Shown here piece by piece: positions 8,758 to 15,996 of a DNA stretch of 64,000 bases. The stretch covers positions 174,162 to 238,161 of the forward strand of contig JAJDEQ010000102.1 in assembly GCA_029259695.1 (NCBI GenBank), written 5' to 3'. The notes under the pieces were generated by a model that was not told the DNA's origin, ran no database searches, and saw only the letters and a list, made by a program, of their open reading frames with translations. The stretch comes from Planctomycetota bacterium. GTDB lineage: Bacteria; Planctomycetota; B15-G4. Position 1 is the first letter of the stretch, and every line of letters starts with the position of its first letter. A program made the translations under genes and the position numbers.

Positions 8758-10050
8758 ATGACGCGCTCAGCTTGCTCTTCGTGTGTGCTCGTCGCGCTCG
8801 TGCCGTGGACCGTGCTGGCTCTGTGCCTGGCTGGTTCCGCCCGGGCTCAGAGCATCGACTCGTTCACGCCCACCGAGGGCACGTCGGGTTCGTTCTTCAT
8901 CATCGACGGTTCGGGCTTCGGCGATCCCGGCCCCGGCGTGAAGAAGCCCAAGGTGTTCCTCGTGCCTGAGCAGGGCAAGCCGATCGGCCTGCAGGTCGGG
9001 AGCTTCCAGGACGCCGAAGTGCGCGCGACCTTGAAGAAGAAGAAGGTGCCCGCCGGGAGCTACGCGTTGCACGTGCGGCTCGCGGGCGTCGCCGAACCGA
9101 TCGTCGCCCCCGAACCGTTCGTGGCGCCACTGCCGGTGTTGCTGCTGGCCGATCCGGCCGTGGCGTTCACGGGCACGTTCGCGGATCTGTGGGGCGAGAA
9201 GCTCGGCACGGTTCCGGGCAAGGCCTGGGTCGGGGAACGCAAGGCCAAGGTGGGGACCTGGGCCAACACCGCGCCGCCGTTCCCCGGCGGTCCGACCAAG
9301 TTGGTGCGGGCAGGCGTGCACCCGAAGCTCGAGGACGGCGTCTACGACGTGCGCGTGCGCAACGGATCGGGCGAAGCCTCGCTGGAGGGCGCCCTGCGCG
9401 TGATCAACACCGGCGTGAAGTGCAAGCCGGGCCAGCCGATGGTCCAGGCGACGCTCGATGGGGAGGGTGTCTCCAAGAAGCTCAAGGCCAAGGGCAGCGA
9501 CTTCGTGTTCTGGGCGGACGAGGAGCTGGACCCCACCGATCCCATCGATGACGGCGCGCTCGGCAACGATGCCGCCGCCGGACTGCGCCGGCAGTTGGGT
9601 GCCTGGCTCGCTCCCGCGTTGGGACTCGAGTCCGCCACCGACGACGTGCCCCCGCCGCCCGGCGTGACGAACGTCGCCACCCTGGCGGGCTTCAAGCTCA
9701 ACATCTCCAAGCGCAGCGCCAAGATCGTCGCGCTCGTGCTGCCCGACTGGGCCCCCGACGACGGCCCCCTGCTGGACGGCGCCGCCCTGGCGCTCGATCC
9801 TCTCGTGCTCTACATCGAGCTGAAGTTCACGATCGTCGGCGGGCAGACGGTCGAAGTGACCGAACTGCGCTTCTGGTCGGGGTCCGCCACCGAGGCCACC
9901 GTCGTGCGCACCGGCAGCGTCTTCACCGTGCAGCTCAGCGCGATCTTCTCCGCCGACGAGCTGCAGCTCGGCGTGGGCGAGGGCCTGGGCGAGGGTCCGG
10001 AGACGATCGCCCTGCCCCGCGCGGTGATCTGCAGCGCCAACCCGGACTGA
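8758..10050 (+). CDS. Secreted IPT/TIG-like domain protein
   Basis: Signal peptide MTRSACSSCVLVALVPWTVLALCLAGSARA, followed by IDSFTPTEGTSGSFFIIDGSGFG, which is typical of an IPT/TIG domain start. An alternative in-frame ATG lies at 8737. Confidence 0.7.
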   Translation: MTRSACSSCVLVALVPWTVLALCLAGSARAQSIDSFTPTEGTSGSFFIIDGSGFGDPGPGVKKPKVFLVPEQGKPIGLQVGSFQDAEVRATLKKKKVPAGSYALHVRLAGVAEPIVAPEPFVAPLPVLLLADPAVAFTGTFADLWGEKLGTVPGKAWVGERKAKVGTWANTAPPFPGGPTKLVRAGVHPKLEDGVYDVRVRNGSGEASLEGALRVINTGVKCKPGQPMVQATLDGEGVSKKLKAKGSDFVFWADEELDPTDPIDDGALGNDAAAGLRRQLGAWLAPALGLESATDDVPPPPGVTNVATLAGFKLNISKRSAKIVALVLPDWAPDDGPLLDGAALALDPLVLYIELKFTIVGGQTVEVTELRFWSGSATEATVVRTGSVFTVQLSAIFSADELQLGVGEGLGEGPETIALPRAVICSANPD

Positions 10051-10209
10051 GCGGCACTCCCCGCAGATGGCGTTGTCAGAGGCTGCCAGAGCGGGGCGGG
10101 TGCAGGCTCCTGCGTGGCGCCGCCGCCGCCGACTGGCCGTGTTCGCGACTGAGGTGTGTTCCCGACTGGGCGTGTCCCGGCTGGGGCGCCGTGCCCGTCG
10201 CGCCGCACG

Positions 10210-11250
10210 TCAGCCCAGCGGGTGCTCCCGCTTCCACATCTCCGCGAAGTGGCGGATGGGATCGTCGGGCGGGTAGATGCGGGCGGTCGTCACCGCGGGC
10301 GGGGCCTCGCGCGGTGTGGTCTGGAGGAAGGCGTACTTGGTGCAGGCCAGTTCGAGCGCGTACCAGGTCCAGTAGCCGTCCATCAGGGTGGGCAGGTCGA
10401 TCGTCGTCTGGTTCTCGGGCGTGCCCATGGAGACGAAGAACGCGTCCTGGTGGCGGATGCGGCGCAGGGGCGGTCGGCGCAGCCGCACCATGAGCGGGCG
10501 GGCTTCCGAGAGCTGGACGTGCACGTCGGGCGCGAGGGGCACCACGCCGTTGCCGGGCGGGAAGAAGATGCCCAGCGTGCTCTCGGTGTACTCCGTCGTC
10601 GCGCTCACGCCGAGCAGGTGGTGCAGCCACTCCAGGTCGAAGGCGTGGAGCAGGCCCCACTTGTGATCGGTCGCCGCCTCGGTGGCGAAGTACGCGGCCA
10701 CGTCTTCCGAGTGGGTGAAGTCGACGAACCACGACGGCAGGCCGTAGTGCCGGGCCGTGAGCTGCAGCTCTTCCCGTGAGAAGTCGCTGAGGTCCCGGCC
10801 CAGTCGCCCCGCGGCGCTCTCCGCCAGCAGGTCGTCGATGAAACGCTCGGTCCAGGCCAGGCGGCGGTTGACCAGAGCGAGGTTGTGTTCCAGTCCGTCG
10901 CGCAACCAGGGCAGGCTCCAGTCCAGCCCGCGCAGCACGGTGGGGAAGATCGACCAGCCCGCTTCGCTCTGGCCGCGGAACAGCAGCCGCACCGGCATGA
11001 GCGGTCGCTCGACGTGGGGCAGGCTCTCGAGTGCTCCGCTCGGGGCCGCCGCCGACTTGCGCAGGATCTCGGCGTACTCGTCCGGCGCGACCTCGGCGGC
11101 GCGGGTTTCGGCGGTGTCTTCCCGGACGGCGGCGACGGCTTCGTCGGCGGTGTGGAAGGCGGCCACGTCCCAGGCGCGTGTCTGGGCGGCGCGCCCCGTG
11201 CTGTCGGGGATCTGGTAGGCCAGTTGGATCGACCTGCGCGGGCCGCTCAC
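10210..11250 (-). CDS. FRG domain-containing protein
   Basis: LLFRGQSEAGW and ARHYGLPSWFVDFTHSEDVAAYFA match the FRG-domain signature. The GTG start at 11250 overlaps the upstream TGA stop (GTGA, 11247-11250). Confidence 0.8.
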   Translation of the reverse strand: MSGPRRSIQLAYQIPDSTGRAAQTRAWDVAAFHTADEAVAAVREDTAETRAAEVAPDEYAEILRKSAAAPSGALESLPHVERPLMPVRLLFRGQSEAGWSIFPTVLRGLDWSLPWLRDGLEHNLALVNRRLAWTERFIDDLLAESAAGRLGRDLSDFSREELQLTARHYGLPSWFVDFTHSEDVAAYFATEAATDHKWGLLHAFDLEWLHHLLGVSATTEYTESTLGIFFPPGNGVVPLAPDVHVQLSEARPLMVRLRRPPLRRIRHQDAFFVSMGTPENQTTIDLPTLMDGYWTWYALELACTKYAFLQTTPREAPPAVTTARIYPPDDPIRHFAEMWKREHPLG

Positions 11251-12239
11251 GGCAGCTCGAGTTCGACGGGCGCTCGCGTTCCGGCGCGCACCGCGAGGGA
11301 GCTGCGCGTCTCGCCCGCGCTGGTCGACCACGCGCTGAGTTCGATCTCACCCGCGGGGATGCCGTCCCACTGGAACCGGCCTGCGGCGTCCGTGAAGGCC
11401 ACGAACGGGTTGCCGATCACCGCGAGTCGCCCGGTCGGTTCGGCATCGCCGTGGGCCTTGCACCCCAGGCTGATCAGACCGAGGTGGCGCTTGAACATCA
11501 CCTGACGTTCACCGCCGGCGACCACGGGGTAGTGGAACACGGGCCGATCGTCGCGGCCGGCCGTGATGGCGGTGTGCAGCACGTCATCGGTGTTGCGCAG
11601 CGTGAGCGGCTGGTAGCAGCGCACGACCGCGAAGGCGGGCGCGAAGCCTGCGCCTGCGTTGACGAGTTCCACGGGTTCGGTCGGCGCCGCGAACACGTAC
11701 TCGTCGAGGCCGGACGACACGAACACCAGCACACCGGCCAGGGGAGCGCCGGCCGCATCAGTGACGCTGCCCGACAAGCCTCCGGTCGTGGCCGGGTCGA
11801 TGCTGGTGGGCGTGAGCGGCTCGCGCACGAAGAAGTCGCCCTTGGCCGGCTTGGTGGCCGTGGGCGGCGCCGTGGACTCGGGCACGCCCGGCGGGGGGAT
11901 CACGCTCCACAGCACGTGGGACACGGTGAAGGTGATCGCGAACTTGGCGAAGGTGAGCCGCAGCGTCTCCAGGAACAGCGCGCTGCCGCTGAGCTTGCGT
12001 TCGAAGGCCAGGAACACCAGCGCGAGCAGCGGGATCGGCGCGTAGCTCCACCAGATGTTGGCGTTCATCTGGTCCATGTCCAACGGCTCCCACACCGGAT
12101 GGATCACGGTGAAGATCACCAGTGTGATGGCGAGACAGATCCCGAAGGAGGTCCACGAGAGCAGCGCGGGCGTGTCGTCATGGTGGGGCGTCGTCAGCGC
12201 TGGGGTGGAGGCGGAGGGGTCGGCGGGTGGGGGATTCAT
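11247..12239 (-). CDS. Integral membrane protein (three TM helices) with a Pro-rich linker and a beta-rich C-terminal ectodomain
   Basis: TM segments: LLSWTSFGICLAITLVIFTVI, WWSYAPIPLLALVFLAF and FAKFAITFTVSHVLWSVI. The C-terminal part resembles CarboxypepD_reg and cupredoxin-like folds (LRNTDDVLHT ... LGCKAHG); that assignment is tentative. Confidence 0.75.
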   Translation of the reverse strand: MNPPPADPSASTPALTTPHHDDTPALLSWTSFGICLAITLVIFTVIHPVWEPLDMDQMNANIWWSYAPIPLLALVFLAFERKLSGSALFLETLRLTFAKFAITFTVSHVLWSVIPPPGVPESTAPPTATKPAKGDFFVREPLTPTSIDPATTGGLSGSVTDAAGAPLAGVLVFVSSGLDEYVFAAPTEPVELVNAGAGFAPAFAVVRCYQPLTLRNTDDVLHTAITAGRDDRPVFHYPVVAGGERQVMFKRHLGLISLGCKAHGDAEPTGRLAVIGNPFVAFTDAAGRFQWDGIPAGEIELSAWSTSAGETRSSLAVRAGTRAPVELELP

Positions 12240-12280
12240 GAGCCCGGGTTGTAGCAGGTGCCGCGGACGGCGCGCACGTC

Positions 12281-13279
12281 TCAGCTGGGGTTGTACGGGG
12301 AGGCGTCCATGAACTCCCAGGTGACGTCGGCGGGCAGCGTCGACTCGCGCCAGGCCGTCACGCGCAGGCGCCAGAGGCGGTGTGTGCCGCCGGTGCGATC
12401 GGGGCCGTGGTCCTGGTCCCAGAGCAGCTCGGTGTCGCCGGTGAGTTGGAGCGTGCGCCCGTTGGCGAAGTCGACGAACAGCAGGCCCGCGCGGGGATCG
12501 GCGGCCAGGTTGCCCAGCGTGTTGAACATGCTGTTGCCGGCGTAGTCCGGGATCTCCAGGGTGCCGTCGTCGAGCAGACGCACGAAGCCGGGGTCGCCGC
12601 CGCGGTGGGACGCATCGAGCTGGCGTTCGGGATGGCCGCTGGCCACGAAGAACGTGTCGGCGGCACGCACGAGCGCCTGCAACTCCGCGGGCAGCGGGCC
12701 GTTGCCCGTGCGTGCGACGGGGGCGCGATCGGTGGGCCGGGGCGTGCCGATCACGGCGCGTCGCTGGATGTACTTGGGGCAGTTGGGGTAGGACTCGAGT
12801 ACGTCGAGCACGAGTTGCTGGCCGTCCCCTCCGGGTTCGAGATGCTCCCCATCGACTGGAGGGCCGTCTCCATCGGGTGGGGGGCTGTCCCCGTCGAGCA
12901 GGGTCGTCGTGCCGTTGACGCGCAGGCGACGGCGCGTGCCCAGCTCGATGAACAGCAGGCCCACGCGGGGATCGGCGGCGCGCTGCTGCCAGAAGGGATC
13001 GTCCGGGCGGGTGAACGTGCGCGCGAGATCGATGTCCACGCGGCGACCGTCGTTCCCGGTGCGCGCGAAGCCGGGTTCACCGAGCAACAGGTGCGCCCAG
13101 GGACGACCGTCGGCGTCCCGGGTGGCGGCCACGGCGTAAGGCAGCGCGGCGATGAAGGGACGCGCGCCGGGGATGATCGCGTCGGCGATCAGCGAGCCGT
13201 TGCGACGAGCGATTTCGGCCTCGCCGGCCAGACGCTGCACCTGCAGCTCGCCTTCGTGGAACGGACTGGTGCTGGGCAT
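12281..13279 (-). CDS. Pyridoxamine 5'-phosphate oxidase family (FMN-binding split-barrel) protein, two-domain form
   Basis: N-terminus MPSTSPFHEGELQVQRLAGEAE..., with the family-typical architecture. ATG at 13279 with GAGGAG about 9 nt upstream. Confidence 0.75.
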   Translation of the reverse strand: MPSTSPFHEGELQVQRLAGEAEIARRNGSLIADAIIPGARPFIAALPYAVAATRDADGRPWAHLLLGEPGFARTGNDGRRVDIDLARTFTRPDDPFWQQRAADPRVGLLFIELGTRRRLRVNGTTTLLDGDSPPPDGDGPPVDGEHLEPGGDGQQLVLDVLESYPNCPKYIQRRAVIGTPRPTDRAPVARTGNGPLPAELQALVRAADTFFVASGHPERQLDASHRGGDPGFVRLLDDGTLEIPDYAGNSMFNTLGNLAADPRAGLLFVDFANGRTLQLTGDTELLWDQDHGPDRTGGTHRLWRLRVTAWRESTLPADVTWEFMDASPYNPS

Positions 13280-13408
13280 GGCGTGTGCTCCTCGCTCAGG
13301 TTGCACGGGTTCGCATGAGGGCCCGGCGTCGTGTTCGGATGCCCGCGCCTGTCGGCCTGCTGGTCGACAGGCCTGGTCGACATGCCGGTCGAGTTGCGGC
13401 GCACGGCA

Positions 13409-13448
13409 CCGGGTTCGCCCGCGCGGTGATCTGAGCGGGCGAACCCGG
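13409..13448 (-). terminator. GC-rich hairpin downstream of the DsrE-like gene
   Basis: Perfect 14-bp arms, CCGGGTTCGCCCGC (13409-13422) and GCGGGCGAACCCGG (13435-13448), with a 12-nt loop. It starts 13 nt after the stop at 13461. No U-tract. Confidence 0.5.
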
Positions 13449-13460
13449 GGCGCCGTGGCC

Positions 13461-13835
13461 TCAGAAGGTCAGGACGTCGAAGCCGTCGGCCTTGAGGCGC
13501 GCCAGGCTGGGCAGGCCGCTGGTGCCGGGCAGGGGGTTGTCCTTGATCAGTTCGAGGCCGGCGGCCTGGGCTTCCGCGCCGCCACCGAATGCGTCGGCAC
13601 AGGCGCACGACACGCCGGCCACGAGTTCCTTGACCTCTTGGTACAGACCGTGGGCCGGGTGCTCGGCGTCGGCCAGCACGCCGGGCCAACGGGTGGCGGG
13701 ACCGTGGAACAGGATCGAGGCCTGCCCGCCCTGGGAGCGCACGTCGAAGGCAGTGGCCAGTCCGTTGAACACGCGGCCCAGGGCCTCGTCGCTGCCGGAC
13801 TTGGGGTCGGAGAGGATCACGATGGCGGTCTTCAT
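13461..13835 (-). CDS. DsrE/DsrF-like family protein
   Basis: 124 aa, MKTAIVILSDPKSGSDEALGRVFNGLA..., with the size and N-terminal pattern typical of the DsrE family. AAGGAA RBS upstream of the ATG at 13835. Confidence 0.55.
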   Translation of the reverse strand: MKTAIVILSDPKSGSDEALGRVFNGLATAFDVRSQGGQASILFHGPATRWPGVLADAEHPAHGLYQEVKELVAGVSCACADAFGGGAEAQAAGLELIKDNPLPGTSGLPSLARLKADGFDVLTF

Positions 13836-13935
13836 GGTCGGTTCCTTGCGGTCGGGGCGCCCGCGGGCGCCGGGGAGGCGCTGACCGGCGGGCTGCTGTC
13901 GCCCGTCCCGGTGTCAACGCTCCTTCGATGCCGAG

Positions 13936-13949
13936 ACCGAACGTTCGGT
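13936..13949. promoter_or_regulatory. Perfect 14-bp palindrome ACCGAACGTTCGGT, candidate TetR-family operator
   Basis: It lies in the 160-nt gap between the tetR stop (13996) and the DsrE-like start (13835), about 100 nt upstream of that start. Confidence 0.35.
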
Positions 13950-13995
13950 ACACACAAGTCGGAAGGTCTTCCCCGAGCCGAGCCGACGTGGGCCC

Positions 13996-14553
13996 TCAGC
14001 GTTCGGTGAGCAGCGCCGGCAGCTCGGCCATGACCCGTGCGAAGGGCCCGGTCTCGCCCGTGGCCCGGGCCACGACGAGGGCGCCCTGGACCCGCACCAG
14101 TGCCTGCTCCGCAGCTCGTCGAGCCCGCGCGGGCGGCAGGCCCGCGTCCCGGGCCACCTTGGCCATGGCGTCGTGCCAGGTCATGAGCGACTGGGCCAGA
14201 TGATCGTGCCAGGGTTCGGCGGCGCCCACCGACAACGTGTCGAGCAGGCACGACTCCTCACCACGCTCGTAGAACTCCGCCAGACGCCGGGTCATGGCGC
14301 GCACGCGTGCTACGGGTTCCCCGTCCGCGCTCAAGGGCTCGAGCACGTGAGTCGCGAACCAACCGTCGGCATGAACCAGCACCGCTTGCACCATGTCGGG
14401 TTTGCCACCGGGGAAACGGTGGTACAGGCTCGATCGCTGCAGCCCGGTGGCCTCGGAGATGCGCGTGAGGCTCGCGCCCTCGTAACCGAAGCGGCGGAAC
14501 ACGTCGGTCAGCCGTGTGAGCAGGGCGTCGTCGTCGAGCTTGGGGCGCGGCAC
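13996..14553 (-). CDS. TetR/AcrR family transcriptional regulator
   Basis: N-terminal HTH: LTRLTDVFRRFGYEGASLTRISEATGLQRSSLYHRFPGGK. GTG start at 14553. Confidence 0.9.
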   Translation of the reverse strand: MPRPKLDDDALLTRLTDVFRRFGYEGASLTRISEATGLQRSSLYHRFPGGKPDMVQAVLVHADGWFATHVLEPLSADGEPVARVRAMTRRLAEFYERGEESCLLDTLSVGAAEPWHDHLAQSLMTWHDAMAKVARDAGLPPARARRAAEQALVRVQGALVVARATGETGPFARVMAELPALLTER

Positions 14554-14583
14554 CCGGGCATGGTAACGGATCGAACTCAGTCA

Positions 14584-14617
14584 GGCGCGGCGGGGTTCGA
14601 GCGAACCCCGCCGCGCC
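14584..14617. terminator. 34-nt near-perfect GC-rich palindrome: terminator hairpin of the beta-helix gene, or a TetR operator
   Basis: Arms GGCGCGGCGGGGTTCG (14584-14599) and CGAACCCCGCCGCGCC (14602-14617). It sits 100 nt downstream of the stop at 14719 and 31 nt upstream of the tetR GTG. No U-tract. Confidence 0.45.
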
Positions 14618-14718
14618 TTGGAAGAGCCGGTGCTGAGTGTTTCGTGTTGGCGACGAGCCCGAGCCCGAGCCCGAGCTGTGGGCTCGACGCCGCGCCGCTC
14701 ACTCCGTCCCGCTCGACA

Positions 14719-15801
14719 TCACTTGGTCTCGTTGGCCAAGAGCACCACGCCGTTGGCGGAGGCGATGTTCTTGCCGCCGCACTTCTTGACCTTGTTGCGC
14801 ATAGCGGTGGCGGGGGTGGCGGGCAACTCGATGCCGTCGCCGGCGGCAGAGGAGACGTCGTTGCCGATCACCAGCACGGAGGTGGCGGGGGCGAAGATGC
14901 CGTCCCCGCCGACCTTCTTGATCGAGTTGTCCTGGATCGTCGCACCGTGCGAGCTGACGTAGATTCCGTTCTGTTCGATCTTGCTGATCTTGTTGCCGCG
15001 CACGATGATCGAGTTGCCGCCGGCCTGGATCCCGGACGAGCACGACTTGATCGAGTTGGCGAGCACGGTGGTCGCGCTGCCGTCGTTGTCGATGGCTGTG
15101 AAGGCGCCCTGGATCTGGTTGTTGCTGATCGTGGTGTTGGAGGAACTGCTCAGGACGTAGACGGCGCGCAGGGCGCCCTTGATCTTGTTGCCCTGCACCA
15201 CCGACGTCGTCGTGCTGGAGACCCACAGCGCGTTGCTGTGGTTCGTGACCTCGTTGGCCAGCATGGTGACGTTGGTGGACTCGTGGGCGTACACCGCGCT
15301 GGTGCCGTCCTCGAACTCGTTCTTGCGCAGCATGACGCCGAAGGACTCGAGCACGCGGGCGCCGGTGGCCAGGCCGCGGAACTCGCAGTCGTAGATGATC
15401 ACGCCGCGGGAGTCGTCGACGTCGATGCCCGAGTTCGTGCCAGTTGTCGTGAAGCGCAGGCCGACGATGCGGATCGTGGAGGACTTGCGCACCGTCATCG
15501 AGTAGTGCCCGGGGGCGGTGCCCGTGCCTTCGATCACGACCTTGCCCTTGGCGCGCAGGGTGAGGTCGGCCTTGCCGACGATCGAGACGACCTCGTTGTA
15601 CTTGCCCGAGGAGATCTGGATCACGTCGCCCGCCTCGGCCTGGTTCACGGCGGACTGGATCGTGGAGAAGGACTGGGGCACGGCGAGCACGTCGGCCCGG
15701 GCGGGGGCGCTGAAGGCCAGCAGCAGCGCGGCGAGGGCGAGGGCGGCGGGGGCCCGGCGCTGGGCGGGGCGGCTGTCGGTGGGGGTCGACGGGGTGTTCA
15801 T
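14719..15801 (-). CDS. Secreted right-handed parallel beta-helix repeat protein (pectin-lyase fold)
   Basis: ATG at 15801 (MNTPSTPTD...) with signal peptide ALALAALLLAFSAPARA. Repeated motifs include N.I...., G..V......V..N.F and NNQIQG. The track ORF 14719..18804 fuses this gene to a shadow ORF. Confidence 0.85.
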   Translation of the reverse strand: MNTPSTPTDSRPAQRRAPAALALAALLLAFSAPARADVLAVPQSFSTIQSAVNQAEAGDVIQISSGKYNEVVSIVGKADLTLRAKGKVVIEGTGTAPGHYSMTVRKSSTIRIVGLRFTTTGTNSGIDVDDSRGVIIYDCEFRGLATGARVLESFGVMLRKNEFEDGTSAVYAHESTNVTMLANEVTNHSNALWVSSTTTSVVQGNKIKGALRAVYVLSSSSNTTISNNQIQGAFTAIDNDGSATTVLANSIKSCSSGIQAGGNSIIVRGNKISKIEQNGIYVSSHGATIQDNSIKKVGGDGIFAPATSVLVIGNDVSSAAGDGIELPATPATAMRNKVKKCGGKNIASANGVVLLANETK

Positions 15802-15996
15802 GGTCTGGTCCGTTCTGCAGGGGATCGGGTTGTGTGCGGCGATCCACGCTGGAGGATCGGCTCTCACCTGCGAGGAACGACATCGCTGCCCGGGAGCCGA
15901 CAGGCCGTCGCGGCCCCGCTCCCCGGCTTCCCGGGTATGGTCGTTCCGCCCCCCTGAGACCACGTCCCGGCCGGCCCCCGGCCCAAGAGAGATGGC

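Noticed and set aside
14584-14617. GGTTCGA-containing segment that looked like a tRNA T-arm
   Set aside because: It is the centre of a 34-nt palindrome. No acceptor, D or anticodon arms can be drawn around it.
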